Below are positions 54,669-63,103 of a stretch of 64,000 nt of DNA, piece by piece (positions within the stretch are counted from its first letter, which is position 1; each line of letters starts with the position of its first letter). Location: NCBI GenBank assembly GCA_963709405.1, contig CAVPXM010000055.1, positions 64,001 through 128,000 of the forward strand. Direction: 5' to 3'. Origin of the DNA: an uncultured Nitrososphaerales archaeon. Its GTDB lineage: Archaea > Thermoproteota > Nitrososphaeria > Nitrososphaerales > Nitrososphaeraceae. The notes under the pieces are model-generated. The model was given only the letters and a program-made list of their open reading frames with translations. It made no database searches and was not told the DNA's origin. Both the position numbers and the translations under genes were made by a program.

Positions 54669-54861
54669 AATCCATCATACTATCTCAGTGATGGTAACAG
54701 CGTTAAGGTCAGTCATTATTGAATTGATGATTTATCTGTTGCTAACTTTGACCCACATCTCCATATAAAGACTATTCTGTGATTTGTATTACCGGTTCTC
54801 AAAGATATTCAATTAATGAATTTAGTTTGATTGGAGTCTTCCCTTCTGAGCAACATATCTA

Positions 54862-55803
54862 TCAATACTTGTGTGCCATCCCTACGATATCCGCAACAGT
54901 TTTGAAGCCCTTGATCTCCAAATAATGTTTTATACCCCTAGAAATTTGCCTAAAAATGCCAATACCAGTATATCCTACGGCACTACCAATTTGAACGGCA
55001 GAAGCACCTGCCAAGAGGAACTCTATCGCGTCTTGCCACGTGAATATTCCTCCACATCCGATCACTGGCATTCTTAGTTTTTTTGATATTTCATATACGC
55101 ACCTTATCGCTACTGGCTTGATCGATCTGCCTGATAGTCCTCCAACCCTATTACTAAGTATAGGCATACCGGTTTGAACGTTAATTGTCATCGCCCTGAT
55201 AGTATTTATAGCAGTAACTCCGCTTGCATTTTCATCCCTTGCAACTTCAGCGATTTTGAGAATATCGGTGTTACCGATTCCAACTTTTACAAATATTGGT
55301 TTGCTTGTATTATGTCTAACAGTACTAATTATGTCGCCTACCATTTCCAAATCGTCACCTACCTCCATTCCCATCTTTTCCACATGTGGACATGAAAGAT
55401 TAATTTCATAGCCCAGAATATTCAAAGTGTCGAATCTTTTCACCATAGGGCCGAAATCCTTTTGATTAGAACCGACAAGGCTCAAAATCAAAGGGGTTTT
55501 ATTCATTTCGATTTCCTTAGCAAAGGCTTTAAACCCAGGATTTGCAAGTCCTACTGCATTGATATAGCTCTTTTCATTAATGGCTACTACGGTCGGATTA
55601 TGATAGCCTTCTCTGGGAAAAATGCTAATAGATTTTGAAACTAAACATCCAGCTCCTGCCTTGTAAATTCTATCAAAGATATCCTGAGATATCCCCAAGA
55701 AACCAGAAGCTAACATTGTCGGGTTTTGAAGCTTCAATCCACCGACTATTACGGCTAAGGATTCTGTCCTCAACGTATTATATTCCTCCACAACAAATCT
55801 CAC
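54862..55803 (-). CDS. pyrD: dihydroorotate dehydrogenase (class 1)
   Basis: NPTMLASG, NAVGLANPG, NLSCPH, GGLSG. Confidence 0.93.
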   Translation of the reverse strand: MRFVVEEYNTLRTESLAVIVGGLKLQNPTMLASGFLGISQDIFDRIYKAGAGCLVSKSISIFPREGYHNPTVVAINEKSYINAVGLANPGFKAFAKEIEMNKTPLILSLVGSNQKDFGPMVKRFDTLNILGYEINLSCPHVEKMGMEVGDDLEMVGDIISTVRHNTSKPIFVKVGIGNTDILKIAEVARDENASGVTAINTIRAMTINVQTGMPILSNRVGGLSGRSIKPVAIRCVYEISKKLRMPVIGCGGIFTWQDAIEFLLAGASAVQIGSAVGYTGIGIFRQISRGIKHYLEIKGFKTVADIVGMAHKY

Positions 55804-55939
55804 ATAAAAATAGCTGGTATTAATAATAAGTTGTATACTGGAGCGTCAGTACTAATGATTTATGCTCGGTCGCCTGTCATGAATTTGGACTAATATTTTG
55901 GGAATATACATTTACGACACCGGCAACACTAGTGACAGT

Positions 55940-56770
55940 ATGAAATTAGCCTTCAGTTCAAATGCGTTCAAAGCACACACAATCGAAACTTGCATCAAAG
56001 AAGTCAGCAGTTTAGGCTATGAAGGAGTAGAAATTTTGTGTGATTATCCACATGCATATCCCCCCGCAATGACCCCGGATAAGATAAGATCATTACTAGC
56101 CTTAGTAATCAAAAGACACATTAGCATCTCCAACTTGAATGCTTTCTCCCTCTATGCTATAAACGATGTATATCATCCTTCTTGGATAGAGGCCAGCGAA
56201 CCTCTACGAAAGCTACGGATGCAGCATACTGTTAACTGCATTAGACTTGCAAAGGCGCTGGGTGCTAGAACGCTGTCTACAGAGCCAGGCGGGATATGTG
56301 ACAGGTCTAAGGATAACCTAATAGAGATTAGGAAAATGTTCATCAAAGGCATTTCTGAAGTTGCTCTTGAAGCTGAGAAAAATGATATCAAGATATTAGT
56401 AGAACCGGAACCAAATTTGTTACTCGAAACATCAAAGGATTTTTTAGATTTCATAAAAGAGGTAACGTCTCATGCAATAGGACTAAATTTTGATATAGGC
56501 CATTTCTTTTGTGTAGGAGAGGATCCTACTCAATTGGTATATAAGTTGGCAGACTACATAGGCCATATTCACTTGGCAGATATCGCAGCTAGTAGAATAC
56601 ACAACCATCTGATTCCTGGAGACGGAGCAATTGATTTGAGGGCAGTATTGAAAGCAATATCGGACATTGGTTATAACGGCTTCATAACGGTCGAGCTATA
56701 TCCGTACCAAGACGACCCAGTTTATGCTGCTAGACAAGCATACGATTATCTTAACAGCATCATAAATTGA
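55940..56770 (+). CDS. sugar phosphate isomerase/epimerase (AP endonuclease 2 TIM barrel)
   Basis: EPEP, FDIGH, HIHLAD, HLIPGDG; ATG of MKLAFS preferred. Confidence 0.82.
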   Translation: MKLAFSSNAFKAHTIETCIKEVSSLGYEGVEILCDYPHAYPPAMTPDKIRSLLALVIKRHISISNLNAFSLYAINDVYHPSWIEASEPLRKLRMQHTVNCIRLAKALGARTLSTEPGGICDRSKDNLIEIRKMFIKGISEVALEAEKNDIKILVEPEPNLLLETSKDFLDFIKEVTSHAIGLNFDIGHFFCVGEDPTQLVYKLADYIGHIHLADIAASRIHNHLIPGDGAIDLRAVLKAISDIGYNGFITVELYPYQDDPVYAARQAYDYLNSIIN

Positions 56771-56986
56771 TAGCAACCCCGTTTGAAGAATAGAATTGCA
56801 CCGAAAAACCTTGAGAGAGGCTGTAGGATTATCAGACTGATAAAAATCTGATGTTCCCTCGCTAGGGATTGTTAAATTAAGTTGAATCAGACTTAGTTGT
56901 ACACGTTCTTTAAATACTATTGTATTCATTCGAATCGAATTCCGTATAACTACGAGCCATTGGTTCAGACTACTAATGAGCAATGA

Positions 56987-57985
56987 TCAAGGTTTAGAAA
57001 TCCCATGTTTATTTTCTAGAAAGATAACGGTAGTCAGATAGATGCCTAGCCATGGCAAAAACATTATTTCCCCTGCAAAAGAGTGAAATGCTTCCCACTC
57101 CTTTACGTTAGAGGTTACCGTTATGGCGACCATAGACAATGAGATAATCCTCAAGATATTAACTGCTGCCGTCCCCAAAGCTCCTATCACAAAGTAAACC
57201 AATTTGTAACCAAGTGGAATTCTTAATCTAAGTAGAATGGATAGCATCACTAGAGAGTAGATAATTACGCTTTGAACGCCAGCCGATGGCCAAAAGACCT
57301 GTAAGAAGAAAGGGCCATGCAAACCTTTCAACACTAGTAAATTTCCGCTGGCCGTCGCTGGCGTTTCACTTCCCAAATAAACAACGTGATCTCCAATGAA
57401 GCGCAAAATCCATTGATCGAATTGCAAGTATGTTGGGACGATCATTTGAAGAGGTCCCAGAGAATCATATGGAAAAAATGAATCAAGTGACAAAATTACT
57501 GCACTTCCGGCAAGATACACAACCCCGGCGGGTGCTATCTTGTACCATTTCCTTCCAAGTAGCAATAATAGCGATGCTATCGTATAAAGCGTGACCACGA
57601 GGTACTCAGACATTAGGATCCAACTATCGACTATGGCTACATTGTATGTGTGCCCGATTAAGACAATCCGTTGGTTCAAACCTAAGGGCAAGGCTATAAA
57701 GTAACCTATGACCAGACCGGAGAGTAATGATATGAGTAGAACCTTCAAAGCAGAAATGCGAAAACTGATTCCGACGATTTCAGCTAAAATAAAGGCCGCA
57801 GCGAAGGCAAAACCAGCATGACCTATGTTCCAAGAGAGCAAGAAAGATTCCGGAAAAAGTACAAAACAAGCCAAGAATGGACTGACGACAATAATACAAA
57901 TAGTTATGCGATAAAGATCCTGACCTTGAAAATGCACATTTTTGATCGCGCTGACGATGTACCTCTTGGCTCGATCTCCCTCCAA
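56987..57985 (-). CDS. thaumarchaeosortase (exosortase/archaeosortase family)
   Basis: Multi-TM; VFWPSAGVQS, NILRI, FHSFAGE. Confidence 0.8.
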   Translation of the reverse strand: MEGDRAKRYIVSAIKNVHFQGQDLYRITICIIVVSPFLACFVLFPESFLLSWNIGHAGFAFAAAFILAEIVGISFRISALKVLLISLLSGLVIGYFIALPLGLNQRIVLIGHTYNVAIVDSWILMSEYLVVTLYTIASLLLLLGRKWYKIAPAGVVYLAGSAVILSLDSFFPYDSLGPLQMIVPTYLQFDQWILRFIGDHVVYLGSETPATASGNLLVLKGLHGPFFLQVFWPSAGVQSVIIYSLVMLSILLRLRIPLGYKLVYFVIGALGTAAVNILRIISLSMVAITVTSNVKEWEAFHSFAGEIMFLPWLGIYLTTVIFLENKHGISKP

Positions 57986-58176
57986 CTTAAGAGCTTATTT
58001 TTGACTCAAAAATAAAAACGTATGAATATTAAAAAGTAGGGATCTAACCGAACAAACCCTATCAAATACATAGGTCATAAAGCGGTACTTACTAGTTGTA
58101 AGAGTAGATTTCAAATGATTTACTAATTGAACAAATCTAGGTACAAAGTTTCAAGAAAGACCATTAACATTCAACA

Positions 58177-58794
58177 TCACTTCCAGTGCTTTCTCACAAA
58201 GTACTTTCCTGATTCTCGTGCAAGCAATTTTGCGAGTCTAATGGGTTCTGGAATAGAACCCTGGAGCGTGAACGAATTTAAAAGCGTTGTAACTAAGTCG
58301 TAGGATGACCCCCAATAGCGTATAAAGATTCTCTTACCTGTTCTAAGATCAACTGCTTCTCTGTTTCCAAGCATATTATATTTTCTCAATTTAGTAGCAC
58401 TTTCTGAGCAAAAATGATGGCGTATTGAACCCTCAAGACCCACTGAATCCCTAAAGGTTATAGCGATTACTGGAAGACCAGTGACGTCAGATATATTCCT
58501 ACCATCAATTATATTATACATGCTAACGATCAACCCATCTAAAAAAATACAACAAATATCGGTGCGGTCTAAATTCTTCCACATAGTTATTATATTCTCG
58601 GTAGCATCGTCTCCTTCGATCGTGGAGCTTCCAAACGATAGACCATCTACGACTAGATCACGTCGCATCACAATTCCTGCCCAGATTGATCTAGAGTCGG
58701 TTTTACTGAAACTTTCTGCTATTCCGAACACTCTAATACCCTTCTTATCAACGTGCAGTTGCTTCAGATTTATTTCGTCAACATATATCAGCAA
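58177..58794 (-). CDS. DUF99 (endonuclease V-like) protein
   Basis: GDDAT, YNIID, IPEPIRLA. Confidence 0.82.
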   Translation of the reverse strand: MLIYVDEINLKQLHVDKKGIRVFGIAESFSKTDSRSIWAGIVMRRDLVVDGLSFGSSTIEGDDATENIITMWKNLDRTDICCIFLDGLIVSMYNIIDGRNISDVTGLPVIAITFRDSVGLEGSIRHHFCSESATKLRKYNMLGNREAVDLRTGKRIFIRYWGSSYDLVTTLLNSFTLQGSIPEPIRLAKLLARESGKYFVRKHWK

Positions 58795-58944
58795 ATCTCA
58801 GAAGATTAATGTTTTGCCTTATTTCCCTCAACGATAAAATAACTGTGCTAGAACTTGTTATTTTTGATACAAATAATATCCTAATGACTAGAATTACCTA
58901 AAGTGAAGTCTATGCATTTTGAATAAAAATAGCATCCTTGATCT

Positions 58945-59520
58945 TTATTTTCTGTCTACCCTCCTGTCGCTAGTCGATGATTTAGAGGCTCTTGTTACTA
59001 AATAAAATGCGTGAGCTGAGATGAGAAACCCTGCAAGTGTCATCTTTGTTGCGAAAACGAGGTTCCATGGCGTATTGGGGTTTGGATAGGAAATGCTGAT
59101 GCTGTCTAGGTCTAAATGACCAGTTGCCAAGTTATATGTTATGAGAGAACTCCAAACAAAAAAGTTGTAAACTAACTCGTACAGTGATATCACGCATGCG
59201 ATAAGAATTATTAGTTGCAAGGCTGATTTGATAGGACTCGGTACAGTTGATAGCTTATCACCAACAAGTTTCATTGCAGAATACCACGAAATAACAGAGA
59301 AGACCATCAAGTATGTCACAAGCTTCGCCGCTCCGTGAATCGGAAATTCAGTGCTCACTATCACCTGGCCAATTATTACTGTCTTTGTTTTCGTGTATTG
59401 AGTAGCACTAGCATAGATACCGTAGGAACATATTGCAAGCATTGAAATGGCAGAGAAATAAAAGATGACTACGTAAATATTCAGTGTTGGAAAACGCTCC
59501 GATACACCCAAGCTACGCAT
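58945..59520 (-). CDS. membrane protein
   Basis: 4 TM; YPNPNTPWNLVFATK. Confidence 0.65.
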   Translation of the reverse strand: MRSLGVSERFPTLNIYVVIFYFSAISMLAICSYGIYASATQYTKTKTVIIGQVIVSTEFPIHGAAKLVTYLMVFSVISWYSAMKLVGDKLSTVPSPIKSALQLIILIACVISLYELVYNFFVWSSLITYNLATGHLDLDSISISYPNPNTPWNLVFATKMTLAGFLISAHAFYLVTRASKSSTSDRRVDRK

Positions 59521-59982
59521 GATAAATCCTGCTGATTAATCTAATATAAAAATAAGTGATTATGTTGCGAACTGAATTGCGGTAAATGACAATATTCAGG
59601 GCTGCGGTTTAACTATTTTTGAATTTTGGTAGTTTCACCAGGAATACATTTAATCTTTCTCATTATTCAAATAGCAAGGGAAGTTCTATTCAGGAATTGT
59701 GTCTGAGACTAACTTGTTATCGGATCACTTGGATTAATAAATAAATATTATTATCAACGTATGGGACAATATTAGATGTTATACGAATCCCACTACACGA
59801 ATCCTGCATAGATCGAATAACACATCTATTTGATAACGATTTACAGCACGTTAACGCATAAGCACTTTCAGAATGGGCTTGATCTATTAATATCTCTTAT
59901 CTTATCGTTGGGTGGTATATTAGCGAACGTAGATTACTTTACTAGATGCTTAGTACCTTCACAAGTCTAACAATAATCATTC

Positions 59983-60078
59983 GTTTGAATATTTCTAGCT
60001 TTTCTTACAACTGTTTATTCATACCTATACCTAGTATGCATGTATTAAGTTTCAATCCTATATTAGTCAAATTACAAC
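59983..60078 (-). CRISPR. orphan mini-CRISPR: repeat, 37-nt spacer, degenerate repeat
   Basis: Minus-strand repeat GTTGTAATTTGACTAATATAGGATTGAAAC (60078-60049) ends in ATTGAAAC. Spacer 60012-60048. Degenerate copy GTTGTAAGAAAAGCTAGAAATATTCAAAC (60011-59983). Confidence 0.62.
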
Positions 60079-60595
60079 CTCAACTACTTTTCGGATAGGT
60101 TCTAAGTAACATTCTCCATTTGCCATCGCTGTGCGTACTGCGTTTCTAAGCTTGCTAAAAGATAGGTTTATCCGTTTGAACGACAGCTGTACACAAACGC
60201 CTTAGAACTTATTCTTAGATCGAGGGAGTACGGCATCGTGCAAGGAGCAAAGGCAAGATATGGGTGATACCCTCTTAAGCAACCAAGCACCAAGTCTGTA
60301 GAGAAATCTCAAGATATCACACATTGGATCCTAACGTACTAGACTAGTTGATACCAACACCTTGCAGGTCACCTTTCATGTGATTCCAGCAGGTGATATC
60401 TTTATCTTTTGTGTTACGACTACGCTATTGTAATTCCTAGTCGGGAGCTGTCCGATTCAGCTTTAGTATATGTCTCATATGGATTCGTAATTCTTACCTC
60501 GATAACTCGATTGCTTCGACAAGTAATGCAATCTATCAACTGTTCGCAACCCTACCTGCCTCTCAATCGGTTGCTGGGTCATCAAGTTTAACAGC
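60079..60595 (-). ncRNA. putative large structured non-coding RNA of unknown class
   Basis: No credible ORF; ten or more complementary stems, including a 10-bp perfect pair 60311-20/60393-402; strand inferred from a TATA-like box at 60602-60614. Confidence 0.5.
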
Positions 60596-60601
60596 TTACT
60601 G

Positions 60602-60614
60602 ATATAATTTTTTT
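60602..60614 (-). promoter_or_regulatory. putative BRE/TATA box facing the structured region and mini-CRISPR
   Basis: Minus strand AAAAAAATTATAT. Confidence 0.4.
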
Positions 60615-60643
60615 AATGTCGTGGATTGAATTTATTATTCAGG

Positions 60644-60730
60644 CGGGCCCGTCGGGAATCGAACCCGAGACAGCCGGATCTCTTCCGATTGATAAAAGTC
60701 CGGTACTCTACCTGGCTGAGCTACGGGCCC
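60644..60730 (-). tRNA. tRNA-Lys(TTT) with 13-nt canonical 37/38 intron (60680-60692)
   Basis: GGGCCCG/CGGGCCC; CCGGA-CTTTTA[TCAATCGGAAGAG]A-TCCGG; TTCGATT loop. Confidence 0.93.
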
Positions 60731-60901
60731 CAGCTACATTTAGGCTCAGACGCAGCATAATTTAATTTTATAGATAGTAAGAATAAAGACTAGTTCCATT
60801 TTGATAACAATTCTTTTAGCTATTGAGATATCGTCTATTTCCGACATCGCATCTCATTTGATCAAAACATTTTAATTTGTTTCTAGAATCCGTCCTTATA
60901 T

Positions 60902-61007
60902 GCCCGGGTAGTATAGAGCTGCTGGGTTTGTTCCCGGCTTCATACATTCCGGTCCAGTATGGGGGACTGTCACTCCTTCGACCCGGGTTCGAATCCCGGC
61001 CCGGGCG
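60902..61007 (+). tRNA. tRNA-Asp(GTC) with 31-nt D-loop intron at 15/16 (60917-60947)
   Basis: GCCCGGG/CCCGGGC; GGGGA-CTGTCAC-TCCTT; BHB helix GTAT/ATAC with AGA and ATT bulges. Confidence 0.92.
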
Positions 61008-61020
61008 TACATTTGTTAAC

Positions 61021-61827
61021 CTATTTGAAAACGTGGACTTCAGAAGTAATTCTTTCATAACACTGATCGTCTCTTACTGCAATGAAGGATAAGGTTGCGT
61101 TTTGAGTAAGATCAGAGTCTAGGACTTGGCCATTCATTGCATAAACTTTAGCACCTGCTTCCTTTACAATCAGATAGGCTGCTGCCATATCAGTTATTCT
61201 GATTTTATTTCTAAAATCTAAATATGCGTCCAAAAATCCTCTTGCAAGATAGCATAGTTCCAATGCGTTTGCTCCCAAATGACGCGCATGCTTGAACTTT
61301 GATAGAAGGTATGATAGACTACTCAAAACCTCATGTGAGATTCCAGATATATTCATACCAACGACCATAGTCTCCAAACTGGCCTCTGACTTCTGATCAA
61401 CTTTAATCCTTTCGCCATTGATAAATGCTCCTTTGCCTTTCGAGGCACTGTAAAGATCTCCTCTTCCTAGGTCCATCACAACTGCATCTGTGATCGAACT
61501 CATTTTATAATCGGCAGCATATGCTAGAGAGCAGCAATAAAACGGGATACCACGCATGGCATTGGTTGTGCCATCAATCGCGTCCATCACGAGGTATCCG
61601 GAGTCTCCCTCAATAACTCCACATTCTTCTCCGATAACAGTAGGATTAAAGCCATTTTTTTCCAAGCTGTCGAATACTGCCCGCTCAGCAACAAGATCAA
61701 GGCCAGTTGAAATGTCTCCACCCGCACCTCTACCAAATTGAGCGCTCGCTTCTTTAGTTCCGGCGATCAATTTAGTCTGCTTCAGGACTTGATGCGCTGA
61801 TTCCGCTAATATATCCACTATTGCCAT
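61021..61827 (-). CDS. inositol monophosphatase / FBPase class IV
   Basis: GEE, DAIDGTTN, DMAAA. Confidence 0.9.
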   Translation of the reverse strand: MAIVDILAESAHQVLKQTKLIAGTKEASAQFGRGAGGDISTGLDLVAERAVFDSLEKNGFNPTVIGEECGVIEGDSGYLVMDAIDGTTNAMRGIPFYCCSLAYAADYKMSSITDAVVMDLGRGDLYSASKGKGAFINGERIKVDQKSEASLETMVVGMNISGISHEVLSSLSYLLSKFKHARHLGANALELCYLARGFLDAYLDFRNKIRITDMAAAYLIVKEAGAKVYAMNGQVLDSDLTQNATLSFIAVRDDQCYERITSEVHVFK

Positions 61828-62213
61828 ATAGAATTATCTATCGAAAGGATACTACCTATAAACCAAAACTTTAGTTGAAGAATTATAGGCCTAAATTACA
61901 CTTAGATAGAAATCTCTTTTTCGTCACTCTTTTTCTTGCCTTTTAATAATTGATAAAGCCAAACCTTCAACGCAAGATAAACGCTATAACCGCCGAATTT
62001 GGTTCTCATTAATTATCATGACAATACATACATTATAAACTTTTTCAGCGAACACGCGCTCCTTGGAGGCTGAATTAGTCAAGTATTAATATTTAGTTCT
62101 CAATTGCAATCTTCCCATGAAACTGTAAAGATAGACTAGTTTGCACATTTACGAGTAGGACCAGTTTTCGTCAAAGAACAATATGCCTCATCAGTGATCC
62201 AAATATGACGAAA

Positions 62214-62235
62214 TTAGGCATTTAGGCATTTAGGC
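62214..62235. repeat. short tandem repeat (TTAGGCAT) x ~2.75
   Basis: ttaggcat ttaggcat ttaggc. Confidence 0.6.
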
Positions 62236-62316
62236 TTAAGATACGTTACTCTGTCAAACTAGAGATTAATTGGCACGAGTTAAACAAGCAATTCCGGAAT
62301 ATATTCTTCGCCCATA

Positions 62317-62982
62317 CTAAGCACTCTTGTCCGGATCGTGATTCTGATTATTATTGTTGTTAACGTCTACGAGTCCTGGGAACCACCGATTGATGATTTT
62401 CTCCCAGTCTATCTTCAGTGATAGGTATATCAAAAGTCCGAGAGATGCGACACTAGCTACTGTTACTAGGATGAGTGTAATTGGGTCTATATTATTTGAA
62501 ATGACCTTATCAATAAATGGTCTGCCTAAATAAACCGAACCCCATACAATTATCTCATTCAGTATAAATTTGCCCAGAAACGTAGATACAACAAACTTCC
62601 AAGGAGTAAATTTTACGAGCCCAAGCGGAATGTACACTAAATCATCTGGTATAGGGGTCAGGGCCGCGATAAATGCGGCTAGTGAACCGTATTTTGCCAC
62701 CAACTTTTGAAGTGGATAAATACGCTTCTTGGTTTGTTTACTTAGGGACTTTCTGCCATAATAGCTTGCATAAAAGATTATTGTTTTTGCCAAGATAGCA
62801 CCCAATGCACTTGACAAGGACACCAAATTTGGGTCTAGTTCCTTGTTAAGAGCAGCAGCTATTAGAACGGGAAAGTAAGGGATTGGAACAAATACAATAA
62901 TGCTTCCAATAAAGCTAATTACAAACACACCAAGGTACCCCAGATTCTCAAAAAAAGCTAAGAACCCGGCTAAATCTAACAA
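62317..62982 (-). CDS. DedA/YqaA (VTT) membrane protein
   Basis: GYLGVF, TPIPDD, GK motif; TM helices. Confidence 0.85.
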   Translation of the reverse strand: MLDLAGFLAFFENLGYLGVFVISFIGSIIVFVPIPYFPVLIAAALNKELDPNLVSLSSALGAILAKTIIFYASYYGRKSLSKQTKKRIYPLQKLVAKYGSLAAFIAALTPIPDDLVYIPLGLVKFTPWKFVVSTFLGKFILNEIIVWGSVYLGRPFIDKVISNNIDPITLILVTVASVASLGLLIYLSLKIDWEKIINRWFPGLVDVNNNNNQNHDPDKSA

Positions 62983-63103
62983 ATATTGTACTTCAACCTG
63001 TCCCTTATATCTACATTAGATTCTAAGTATTTTCTAATGATCGATTCCTGTTAGAATTCCGGCTGCACAATTACAAAATATATTGGATGTTCTTAGTCCA
63101 TGC

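Noticed and set aside
59590-59700. TATTCAGG as an att-site copy of the tRNA-Lys 3' flank
   Set aside because: An 8-nt match outside the tRNA, with no integrase nearby
59907-59936. possible third CRISPR repeat (GTT...TATATTAG)
   Set aside because: Only an 8-nt AT-rich core matches and the spacing is off-period
60409-60591. 60-aa plus-strand ORF
   Set aside because: Short, no homology cues, and lies within the hairpin-rich region
60079-60595. RNase P RNA, SRP RNA or group I intron identity
   Set aside because: No GAGGAAAGUCC-like P4, no SRP helix-8 motif, and no properly ordered group I R/S elements were seen
60816-61092. ORFs 60816-61058 and 60877-61092
   Set aside because: They overlap tRNA-Asp; spurious
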